Origin: Gekko japonicus
Lineage: Eukaryota
Assembly (NCBI RefSeq): GCF_001447785.1
Contig: NW_015175426.1
Location: forward strand, 256,575 to 320,574
Length of the DNA stretch: 64,000 bases
Reading direction: 5' to 3'
Positions 38,901-51,100 of the stretch are shown in pieces (the stretch's first letter is position 1; each line of letters starts with the position of its first letter). The notes under the pieces were generated by a model. The model made no database searches, had not been told where the DNA came from, and worked only from the letters and a program-made list of their open reading frames with translations. The translations under genes and the position numbers were made by a program.

Positions 38901-41385
38901 TGGTAACCCTACGAACCTTCCCCTTTGATCCATTTTTTTTTTTTTTTAAACCATGCATTTAAAAAGTCAAAAAGTCGTAATTGGAACTTCTGGTTCCAGA
39001 GTACAGATGGCGAGGCGTTCATAGCAATGCCAGCACTGAGAAAGACACCATTCAGCGATCATAAGGAATCATGAACTATGGCGGGTTTTTAAGATTTTCA
39101 GGTTTTTCCCTTAAAGATCTCCACCAAATTTGATGGCTCTAGCTAAGGGGACAGCCTATCTCTCTATCGTGAGGTCACGGTCCGTCTCCATGATCTTCCA
39201 AAGAACAATTTCCGTGAGGCAAGCCAAACAAAAAACGGAGTCTTCTTGTGGCCTGTTTAAGAGATTTATTGAAGCGCAATAAATAATGTGTGCTGTAACC
39301 TGCAAACTATCTGGAGCATGTACATCCCACCTCCCTACAAATGTTAACTCCCAAGGCAGCTTAGTGCTAGAAAAGGCAGACAAAAAAACTTCCATTTTTT
39401 CTAAATGAGGATGAAAGGCATGAATGAAATCCTTGCAATTGGAACATATGCACAGCAGAGGCAAAGGTGAAAAATGCAACTTATGTCATTTCTATGTAAA
39501 ACAACAAATAGCACAGTAATTATTGGCAAAGGCTGTCATTCGTGATATTCGTTAACCTAATCACATTAAGCCATTTAACACTTGCAGTGACTACAAACCA
39601 TGCCAACTGCATCTGGTGCCTGGGTAATAGAATTAAACCCACTGACAAATTCTAATGCAGCCGTTTCTCATTGGAATCTCCCCCTGAAGCTCTTTCAATG
39701 AATGATGACTTTCAGGTCAGAGACATTAACTCTGCAACAAGTCCAGATGCCAACCTTGTCCCTATATACTTCCACTTGGGCACCATCATCACAAGACCTG
39801 ATACTGTCAGCCCAGCCCATCAGCTCATTCACCTGCTGCTCATCCTTTGGCAGTCAGCTATTAACAACCACCTTTTGCTCACTCCATTGCACAAATATGT
39901 AGGTCACTCTGCACGTTTGTTTTTTTAAAGGCAAGATTCAAAAACCTGTGGCAGGACCTTTTAATATTCCAGTCAAGACTTGTGCTGTTGCCATGAAAAG
40001 TAGCATTCCTTATGGTGCTCTCCCTCAGGTCTGTCTTTACAATCACAGCCAAGCTTTTTCTGTGTTGGAGTGGCCTAGCAGAATGGGTGTAGGAAGGCAG
40101 GCATGCAAGACAGTTTTATTCTAAACAGCATTTGGAGAAGGGTAAACAACAGAACACTCAGCTATAAAAATTACTTATTGATGTCTGAGGATGACAAAAA
40201 AGGTTTCTGATTCAGTGAATGTATTTCATAACTATGATGTGGTGTGCCTGCCTTTAAACAAACCTAGGTAAATACTTTTAAAAGTGACTCGTTTCTGGTT
40301 CCCTTAGGTCTTCTAGTAATTATTTTATGGAGCCCCAATCTCCTTTGGACCAAAATACTAAGGAAATGAACATGCTTCATCCTGATAAAAGGCAGCAAAT
40401 GGGGAACATCTGAGCCAGCTAAACTGAGGCCTGCATCTAAGAAATCTGCATGTAATGTATGTGGCCTTTTACTATCTAAGGTGCTTTGAGGCCCCAGTGT
40501 GGACGAAGAGCAGATAAAGATTCTTAAATAAAATACAAGTTATGTTTTACTACCTACCTGACTGCAAGAGTTTCTAGGCACTCTTGCCAAGCAGGAATAA
40601 AAAGTTTCTAGGTGACATGTCAAGGAGTCCACGACTGAACCCTATGGGTTCCCAAGGCTGTTGTACCCAAGTAACCAAAAGCATCTTTCTTATTTTAAAA
40701 TTATATAAAGTTTAATTTAGTTTTTCAAAACAAAAGGTTTAATCTACAGGCAACACAACACTCTAAAGTCACACAGCAAAAAAACAAGAAAACCTCCTTA
40801 ACTATTTAACACATTTCCAGGACCTGTGTTAGACGGCACAGACCTTAAGTCCAAGAGTCAAAGGTTATACCTTATCCATTCTCTATGCTGCTGTCTATTG
40901 CAGTATAGGCATATCATACTCCAGGCCTTCAGTTCATCAGAATCCCAGCTAGCCTCCTTTTCCCAAGCTCTTGGCTCAAAAATTATAGTTTTTTGGCCAA
41001 GCAGCATCAGGTGATGATGACACCCAATCAGCACACATTCTTGCTGGAACCCTCTAGAAAATTACCTGACTCCTCCCCTCCCATCCTATGGGCCACAAGT
41101 TCTCATGAGAAGCTAACTACCACGTGTCCAGCTCTGGCCTTGAAGATGGTAAGGCCTGTGCAGGCAGAAAGACCAATTTGCAACACCTGCAGAATGGAAC
41201 AGCCCGTTACCATTCACATTAACCCTTGAGGGGGTCAGAAGTGCTTTGTCTCACATGACATCACATATTGATCACAATTTCCCCCCTTTCCCTCTGCAGT
41301 GTATATATTCCATCAATGGAGGTTACATGTCATGGATCTGCCAAAGTGGGCTTTGTCCACAAAAGCTGGTGTTCCAATAAACCTT

Positions 41386-41817
41386 GACCTTGGTCACACG
41401 GGCCGCATATTGCGGGGGGGAGGCGTGGCTAATTCCCCCGGAGGAAACTAATGTGCGGCCGCCCGAGCACACGTCCCGGTCGAGGTCCCGTGGTTCGGGG
41501 AAAATGCCGATCAGACGGGTATCCTGCAGCACGGCACAGAAGCCACACCGCGCGATCGCACTAGCAATCGCTCTTTGTGCGCATGCGCTGTTGGGCGCTG
41601 TTGCGCAACCTGCAGAGACTAACAGTGGCAGGCACCGGATGCCACATAAGTCCACCGGGAACACAATCAGACGCCCGCCCTTGGCCCGCTTCGGCGGGGA
41701 GCCATGGGTTCACCACGGGAGCACTGCGCTTCCCAGATGTTGGGGTGAGATCATGCCCGGAAAATCCGCGGGACTCCCGTGCCTCTCCCGCAGGAACTTT
41801 GCCATGTGACCGGGGCC
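41386..41817. mobile_element. CpG-rich non-autonomous DNA transposon, possibly PIF/Harbinger-like
   Basis: Imperfect TIRs GACCTTGGTCACACGG / CCATGTGACCGGGGCC with 3-bp CTT on both sides; CpG density contrasts sharply with flanks. Confidence 0.55.
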
Positions 41818-41943
41818 CTTGTTAGTCTGGGAGGGTACCTGAGACTCAGTTATGGTTTTCTCAAGAAAACACTGCTACCATATCCACCCATCCACTTGCT
41901 TAAGGAAAACAGACAAAGACCAAGGGCAAATACAAAAACCTCC

Positions 41944-41949
41944 TTTATT
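41944..41949 (-). terminator. Probable RABEP2 polyadenylation signal
   Basis: AATAAA (minus) about 200 nt after TAG 42148, followed by GT/T-rich ggtttttgtatttg...ctttgtctgtttt. Confidence 0.6.
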
Positions 41950-42147
41950 GTGTTGTGGAGACTCCAGTGTGGAAGGGATGGGTGGAAGGGACAAGCGATA
42001 TTCCAGCCATCCTTCCAGAGCTCATGCTCACCCAATGCTGTCCTGGAAAAACTCTGGAAGACAGAGATGACCCCTTTGGTGTACAACATATCCTGGTTTC
42101 CCTGAGGTTCCCATGAAGCTGGGAGGAAAACCCTCCCCACCTTCACT

Positions 42148-45100
42148 CTAAGGCTTATTTCCATCCTGGATGCTGCTGGCTTCTTCCTCGGAAGGAGCAT
42201 CTGCCTGCACCTGTAGTGAAAGAAGGAAAATGAGCCTACCAACATCTCTCATTAAAGCGTGATCTTACCAAAGTAGCATCTTGCACTCATCTGGAAAGAG
42301 CAGGAAACGCCAGTGTCAGCCCCCTTGAAGTCCCCCACCACCCTTCTAACTGCTGCCACAATGAGTTACCAAACACAGCACGTCGGTACCACTCCAGTCC
42401 CTTTTATCAAATATAAGCACATGCTCATCCCAACCATAACCCACTGGAGTTTCCCCCTCTCATTTTTACTACTTGAATTAGTGTGATGTGTGCCTTCAGA
42501 TGCAGAGACACACAGGGAACCTCATATTTGGGGACTTCATATTTCAGCCTGAGCCCTGCAAAAAAAGGGCCAGAGAGCTACTGTCTTCGGTCCCTACCAG
42601 ACATCGCCCCACCTCTTTTCAACCCGACTCTTGCAGTTCTAAGGGCTAGAGACCCTTGCTTTCGGTTTTAAAAGAAAGGGAAAAAAGATTCTTGGGCGGC
42701 TACGTTCTGCATGTCTAGTGCCCATCGGAGGAAACGCACAAACCTGGCAATAGATTTGAAGTGCAGCACAGAAGCCTCACACATGCAAAGGCAACAGAAC
42801 TATCGGCCGGTGTCTAATTTGCCATATTTGGGCAAATTGATTGAGAGGGCGGTGGCGACACAGCTTCAGAGCTTTCTGGATGGCGCTTCTGTCCTGGATC
42901 CACTCCAGTCCGGCTTTCGCCCTGGTCATGGGACGGAGACGGCGCTGGTTGCCCTTACTGACGACCTCCGGAGGCATCTGGATCGAGGCGGTGTGGCGGC
43001 ACTGGTGCTGTTAGATCTGTCGGCCGCGTTCGATATGGTCGACCACCAGTTGCTGACCCACCGCCTCGCCGACGTGGGGATACAGGGGCTCGCCCTTCAA
43101 TGGCTTGCCTCTTTTCTCCAAGGTCAGGGACAGAGGGTGGCGATAGGGGAACAGCAGTCCCGGAGGCACCCACTTGAATGTGGGGTGCCTCAGGGGGCAG
43201 TGCTTTCCCCGATGCTCTTTAACATCTACATGCGCCCCCCTCGCCCAGATAGCCAGGAGGTATGGGCTGGGTTGTCATCAGTATGCAGATGACACCCAGC
43301 TCTATCTGATATTGGGCGGCCAGTCGTGCTCCGACTCAGAAGATCTGAACCGGGAATTACAGGCTGTGGCTGGGTGGCTCAGGCTGAGCCGGCTGAAATT
43401 AAACCCAGCGAAGACGGAGGTCCTGGGCCTGAGTCGGAATGGTTCAGGGTTGGGGCTCCCTCTCCCGACCTTCGATGGGGTGCCTTTGGTGCCAGCATCG
43501 GAGGTTAGGAGTTTGGGAGTGCTCCTGAACCCCTCCTTAACTATGAAGGCCCAGGTGGCAGCCACTGCCAGATCAGCATTTTATCATCTTAGGCTGATTT
43601 GGCAGTTAGTTCCCTTCCTCGGCCGCGATGACCTGGCTACAGTGATCCATGCGANNNNNNNNNNNNNNNNNNNNNNNNNNNNNNNNNNNNNNNNNNNNNN
43701 NNNNNNNNNNNNNNNNNNNNNNNNNNNNNNNNNNNNNNNNNNNNNNNNNNNNNNTCTCTCTGTGTGTCCCCCCCCCCGTGGCAAAGGCTTGGGTTTGTTT
43801 GTTTTTTTTAAATCCTTCCTCGCAGCTGCGTCTCCCTTAAGTGCGCACGTATTTATGGCGCAGCCTCTGTGGCTGTCGTTGACCTGGGTTCGAATCCCGG
43901 CTTGTTATTGGGAGTTTCGCTGCCTGATCTTGGGGGTGGTCTTTCTGTCCGGGGTGGTGGAGGAGGAGGAGGAGAGAAAGCCGCCTCCTTGGATAAGCCC
44001 TCCGTTCCCACGAGCTCAGCTTCGCCCCCAAATACAGGGGTGGGGAAAGCAGTGCTTCCCTCTAAGCTGAGTGAGTGTGAGCCAGCCCACAGTTTTTTAG
44101 CCTCCGGTTCGCGCATTTTGGGAGCTGCGGTGGCTCAAGTGGTTAAGATGCCGAACTGGACAGTGGTAACCCAATGGGGCTGTTGGAAGAGACCATCATA
44201 ACCACTCTAGACCATCTTGATACTGAAAGCACTTTATTGTTGTTAGTAGTGTTGTTGCTTATGATTGTTTTATTGGATTTTATGTATGGGCTTTCGCCCC
44301 TTGTAAGCTGCCCTGAGCCCGCTTGCGGGGAGGGCGGGGTAAAAATACCTAAATAAATAAATAAATATAAAATTTTTGCACTGCTCCTTCTGTTAAGGGG
44401 GGAGGGAGAAAGAGGGTCACAGTAATAGAGGAGGCAAGGGATAAAGTAAGTCCCCTGGGGTATCTGCTGCTCACCCCAGGGACATGGCAAATTGCAAACA
44501 AACAAGCAAGCAATGGTCCAGGGAGCTAGGATAGCACAATGGCTAGGAGCAGACTAGATGGCTCTGTGGAAGAAAGGAGCGCCTTAGAGACTAATGCCTT
44601 TTCCAAGATCCCTCCCTCAGTGACTTTGCAGCATAGTCTGCAGCAACGTGGCCCCCTTCTCTCGTTTCGCTGGGGACTTGTTACTTCTTGGAACTAAATA
44701 ATGAGGCAGAAGCTGAACCCCCACGGGGGGTCTAAAGTGGCGGAAACAATTGTGTCTCAACCAAGTCTACAAAAGTGGTTGTGTAACAAGCAAAAACACA
44801 GCCCGGCCACCCCTTCTTGGGCTTTGCCAACTATTCCTGTTTTAAACAGTCCCGGGCAGACCAGACAACCAGGTTGACTGAGCCCCCAGAGGTAAACCTC
44901 TGCTGCACTTCTCTTGCAAGGTCACCCGAGCAACAGATCCGTCTTGTCTTAGAAAGGCTTGATTGCAGTACATTAAAAATTGGGAGGGGGGATTAATAGC
45001 ACAGAATTCTGGAAATTCTGGCTTGGATCTTGCACCCTTCTGCCATGTTTTTTATGTTGTTGGGAGCTTTTTGCTTTTTTTTTTGAGAAGGGTATTCTTA

Positions 45101-48100
45101 AATCTGCCATGCAGTGGCTGGTGTGACCTTGGGTCAGTTACAAGTTCTTTCAGAGCTCTTTTCCAAGATCCCTCCCTCAGTGACTTTGCAGCATAGTCTG
45201 CAGCAACGTGGCCCCCTTCTCTCCTTTCGCTGGGGACTTGTTACTTCTTGGAACTAAAGAATGAGGCAGAAGCTGAACCCCCACGGGGCCCAAAGTGGCG
45301 GAAACGATTGTGTCTCAATCAAGTCTACGAAAGTGGTTGTGTAGCAAGCAAAAACACAGCCCGGCCACCCCTTCTTGAGCTTTGCCAACTATTCTTGTTT
45401 TAAACAGTCCCGGGCAGACCAGACAACCAGAAGGTTGACTGAGCCCCCAAAGGGAAACCTCTGCTGCACTTCTCTTGCAAGGTCACACGAGCAATAGATC
45501 CATCTTGTCTTTGAAAGGCTTGATTGCAGTACATTAAAAATTGGGAGGGGGGATTAATAGCACAGAATTCTGGAAATTCTGGCTTGGATCTTGCACCCTT
45601 CTGCCATGTTTTTTATGTTGTTGGGAGCTTTTTGCTTTTTTTTTTGAGAAGGGTATTCTTAAATCTGCCATGCAGTGGCTGGTGTGACCTTGGGTCAGTT
45701 ACAAGTTCTTTCAGAGCTGTTCTCTCACGAGCTCTCTCAGCCCCACCTACCTCACAGGGAGTCTGTTGTGGGGAGAGAAAGGGAAAGGAGATTATAAGCC
45801 ACTCTTTTGGGTAGTGAAGGGCAGGGTATAAATCCAATCTCTTCTTCTTCTCGTTATAACCTTCTATTTTTGCAGGTATGTGTGCCATTTATGTACTTCA
45901 TGTATACCCCACCGTTCTCCCCAGCAAGGACTCAAAGCAGCTCACATTGTTCTCTTCTCCTCCGTTTCATCCTCCCGACAACTCTGTCAGGTAGATTAGG
46001 CTAAGAGAGTGTAACTGGCCCAAGGCCAACTGGTGGGCTTCAATAGCAGAATGGGGATTCGAACCTGGGTCTCCCAGATCCTAGTCCAACATTCTCACCC
46101 ATACACCATGCCGGCTCCCAGGGGTCGTCTCTTTTTTTATAGGCTAAATATGGTAGGTCTTGCTATCTAGGAGGCACCAAGAAAATCAAAAGTTGAAAAC
46201 AGAAAAGACAGATCTTGTAGCAAAACAGAAGAAAGTGTACGATCTGTGCACGAACACTAAAGATAATCGTCAGGAGAAAAAAGGGGGCTCTTTTTGTAGC
46301 AGGAACTCCTTTGCATATTAGGCCACACACCCCTAATGTAGCCAATCCTCCAAGAGCTTACAGAGGTCTTCTTACAGGGGCTACTGTAAGCTCTTGGAGG
46401 ATTGGCTACATTAGGGGTGTGTCGCTTAATATGCAAATGAGTACCTGCTACAAAAAGAGCCCCCTTTCCTGAGCGGTTCTGTTGTTTTCCCCCCTCCAGG
46501 CTTTGACAGACCCATCAGCAAGTATTTCAAAAAGAACGCTGCCCCAACCTGGATAGCCCAGGCAAGCCTGATCTTGTCAGATCTCGGAAGCTAAGCAGGG
46601 TCGACTCTGGCAAGTACTTGGATGGGAGAGCTCCTTGGAATACCAGCCGTCTGGAGGCAGGGGCAGGCTTTATTCAGCCACCTCTCTGAATATCCTTCAG
46701 GCCCCCAGTAGGGGGTCAGTCACCAGAGGTCGCCATGACTTCCAGGTGCACGCACATACAGATGTGCATGTGTTTGAACATCTGCACCCATGTTAGTCAA
46801 TTATATGTTCAGAGCCAGATGCCAGCCTTATATCTATTGCTCACTAGATTCCCCACTGTGTGAGATTATGCTCAGCCCCCTTACCTGGCTTCCATTCCCC
46901 TCTTCCTGTCCTTGCTGCAGTCTTTCCATTTCACTCTGGATGCTGTTAAAAGAGGCTGGGGGTTGGGAGGGAGAAGAGGAGGTTAGATCCCTTTGGGGAG
47001 CACTGCGCACCCAGCTCTTAACAGGCATGCAGGCATCTCCATCTTAAAAACAGACCAAAATCCTACCTTGCAAGAGTTCTTCCAGCCAGAAGTAGGGCAG
47101 GAAGGAGAAAAAAAAAAGAGAGTGAGAAAGTCACACGCATAACAGTGGAAAGATATTTGACATTGCTGGATGCCACCGCAGCATCAAACCAAAATTACTG
47201 GATTTTTAAGCCACAGCACTTCCGGATTCCAGGAGTCCATCCCATCCCTCCAGTTCAGGGCCCCCCAACCTTTCTGCACTTGCAGGCGCCCTCTGAATTC
47301 CGACGCAGGCTGGTGGGGCTCAACCAAAAAAAATGGCTGCCGCAGGAAGGAAAGCCAGCCGCCAAATGTCCTTGAATCTGCGCAGCCACTCAGATCTCCT
47401 GTGGCCACCCAGAAGTCCTGCTGAGGCAAAAGGCCCACCTGGCCCTGCCTGCTTTTTAAAAAACACTTGGTGCTGTATGAATGGTACTTTTATAATGTGT
47501 GCATAACTGTGCTTAAGACTTCTGGTCATGCAAGCCGAAAAATAAAGTAAGTAAAACACTTGGTGGGTGCCGCAAAAAGGGTTGGAGGGCGCCCCTGGGC
47601 ACAACACTGGGGACCTACTGCCCATGTTGGACCCCCTGACCTCAATCGTCTCTGCAGTCCCTGGGCCTCTCTCCCACCTACCTTTTTCCTCTCGCTCTCT
47701 CTCCAGCTCCCCTTGCAGTCCCGACTTGGCTGCCATCTCCTCGTCTAGCTTCTCCCGCAGGGAGACAATCTCTATCCGCAGCCGTTCAGCCTGGTGCTCT
47801 GCGCTCCGAAGCTGCGATTCGACCTCCAGTCTCTGCTGGCTCACCATGCCCTGCAGACTCTGGCAGAGCGAGGGAAACGGCCCCGCCTGTCACTTGAGGG
47901 TTCTCGGCCCTCCCACACTGATGCCCCACATCCTCCACCACAATGCGAGGAAAAGCCCGGTCAGCGTTACCTGGATGGGGCTGGGCGAGCGCTGGATCTT
48001 GTCGTCCAGGTCTCGGGAAGAGGCTCTGCGCAGCCCCTCGTTTTCAGAGTGGAGGCGCTGCACTTCATAGCTCAGGCGCTTGTGGGATGCACCCAGGTCA

Positions 48101-51100
48101 GCCTAGGAGGTAAGAGGAGAGGGAGCGGATAGGAGTAAAGGTGGGCACTCTTCCGAGGCATAGAGGCTTCTCAAGGGATGCTCTGTCTTCTTGGTGCTTG
48201 GGGGGGGGTCAACAGTGGGAGGGCTTCTAATGTCCTGGCCCCACTGGTGGACCTCCTGATGGCACTGGTATTTCTGGCCACTGTGTGACACAGAGTGTTG
48301 GACTGGATGGGCCTTTGGCCTGATCCAACATTGGCGTCTCTTATGGTCTTATGTTAAAATAGAAGAAGAGGAGGAAAAGGAGGAGGAGGTTGGATTTATA
48401 CTCCACCCTTCACTTGGAGTCTCAGAGCGGCTTACAATCTCCCTCCCTTCCTCTCCCCACTACAGACACCCTGTGAGGTAGGTGGGGCTGAGAGAGCTCT
48501 GAGAGAACTGCTCGTGAGAGAACAGTTATGAGAGAACTTGTGACTGACCCAAGGTCACACCAGCAGGTTGCATGTGGAGGAGGGGGGAAACATAGAATCA
48601 CAGAGTTGGAAGGGGTCATCCAGGCCATCCCCCTGCTCAATGCAGGACCAGTCTAGGGCACCCCTGACAAGTGTTTGTCCAGCCACTGCTTAAAGACTGC
48701 CAGTGAGGCGGAGCTCACCACTTCCTTAGGCAGCTGATTCCACTGCTAAACAACTCTTACTGTAAAAATGTTTTCCCTAATATCCAGCCGGTACCTTCCG
48801 GCCCTTCATTTAAACCCATTATTGCGACTCCTATCCTCTGCTGCCAACAGGAACAGCTCCCTGCCCTCCTCTGAGTGACAGCCCTTCAAATACTTAAAGA
48901 GAGAGATCATGTTCCTCCCTCAACCTCCTCTTCTCCAGACTACACATCCCCAAGTCCCTCAGCCTTTCCTCCTGGGGCTTCGTCTCCAGGCCCCTGATCA
49001 TCCTCGTCGCTCTCCTCTGCACCCGCTCCATTCTGTCCACATCCTTTTTGAAGTGAGGCCTCCAGAACTGCACACAGTACTCCAGGTGCGGCCTGACCAA
49101 TGCAGTGTACAGTGGGACTATGACATCTTGCGATTTGGATGTTATCCAAATCAAACCTGGTTCTCCAGATCAAAGTCCGCCCCTCTTAACCACCACACCA
49201 AACTGTCAAGAGAAAGAAAGCCACTCTGTGGCCCACCAGCAACCGCTACTCTCCGCTGCAGCAGGAAGTTCAGGCTGTGCACTTTGCTAGCCTTCTTCCA
49301 CCACCACAGCGAGAAGCTGAACACTTCGGCCTGTAGTCCTGTCCTGGGATTCTGAAGGGCCAGCTTGAGTGTTACAAGGCCCACGCAGAAGGCTTTGAGA
49401 AGTGTCTCCCCTTGGCAGCAGACATCACATTTAAAAGCCTCTTGTCCTGTGCCTTTGCTGAAATGCACGGAAGAGCTCCGTGATGCCGTTCCTCACAGCT
49501 GGCACAAGGGATGCTACGTGCCCTGCCGACAATGCGCAAGAGCTGAATTCACAGTCAGCAAAGTAGCACAGCCCCCCTCCCCAAGACAGACGGCCACTGC
49601 CAGTGACGGGAAGGGAGGGACTCTGTGGCTCAGGTGCAGAGCCCCTGCTTTGCCTGCAGAAGGTCCCTGGTTCAATCCTCACCATCACCAGTTAAAAGGA
49701 TCAGATAGCAGGCGATGTGGAAGACCACAGAGAGCCGCTGCCAGCCTGAGCAGGCAATACCAGGCCAAGGGTCAGATCCGGTAGAAGGCAGCTTCATGTG
49801 TTTCATGTGCTGCACTGGCAGGGAGGAGCAGCATGCCTTTGGGCTAGTGCAGAGGGGAGAGGCATCATACCCCCCCCCCCGGCCCACACAGCGGTTCTTC
49901 CCAGGAACTTTCATGGGGGGGGGGGGCACTTTAACACAAACCAGTTCCCAGCCAACACTCACTGTCAACCGTCCCCTTCTAAACCACAGCTCTGCAAACC
50001 CCCTCCATGTGCTGCCCAGCCTTTCCCAGGCCTCCCCGTCCTTGCTCACCGTCCCCGCACGCAAATCGCACTCACCAGCTGCTCCTGAGTCTGCTGCTGG
50101 CTCTTGCTCACCGTGTTTTGGAGGCTCCGGAGAAGCTCCTCGGATTTTCGGATCTGAGCACTAAGGACCTGGACCTGCGCCAAGGAAAAAGCGAGAGGTC
50201 CCGGAGTGTGGAGAGGACGGGATGCAGGCCCAGGGTGGGTTTCAGCAGCAAAAAAAACCCTCCCCCCACAAGCAGCATGCCACCCACACGTACCTGCTTG
50301 TTGCACTCCTCACTGCTGCGGTTCAGGATGTCCTCCAAGTTGGCCTTCTCCCGAGAAGTTTTTTCCACAGACTCCCGTTGCTGCCGCACCTGGGGGAAGG
50401 GATCGGGGCCACGACGAGGGTGAGAGAGGGAAGCTGGCGTCTCACGCTGACTATTCCCCAGCCTCCTAGGGAGGGGCTGTGGCTCACTGGAAGGCCCTCT
50501 GCTTTGCAAGCAGAAGGTCCCTGGTTCAATCCCCGGCATCTCTAGTCAAAAACGGATCACGTAATGATGTGATGTGAAAGGACCGCACTTGAGACCCTGG
50601 AGAGCTGCTGCCAGCCTGAGTAGGCCACAGAGACCTCGATGGACCAAGGGCCAGACTCAGTATGCTTCAAGTGTTCTTCTTTCGACCTCCCCCTCCCACT
50701 AAGAATGTATCAGGGTCCCACTGGCAGTCACGGGAACGATGGCAGAAGTCGGATGGCCAGCGACTGCAGCTGATCACGGCTTATTTCCCAGTGAAAATAA
50801 CTGTGCTTGTTTTTACATGGGAGAATGGAATAGGAGGAAAGAGAAGCTGTTAAGTTGGGCCAGGCTAGCGTGCCTGTCCTCGGAGAGCCACAGAAGTGCT
50901 TTGTGGTCCTTGCCCACTAAAAATGCAGGAGTGTAACACTACCCCCCTAAGCAGATTTAAAAAGGTAAAGGTAAAGGTTTCCCTTGCTCGAAAGTCAGTC
51001 GAATCCGACTCTAGAGGGCAGTGCTCATCTCCGTTTCCAAGCCAAAGAGCCAGCGCTGTCCAAAGACTTCTCTGTGGTCATGTGGCCGGACATAATTGCT

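Noticed and set aside
46547-46645. 5S rRNA gene
   Set aside because: Diverged 5' end, no T-run terminator, continues into a tail shared by three dispersed copies: a SINE.
50470-50545. tRNA gene
   Set aside because: A/B boxes only, with imperfect cloverleaf and a shared SINE body in several copies.
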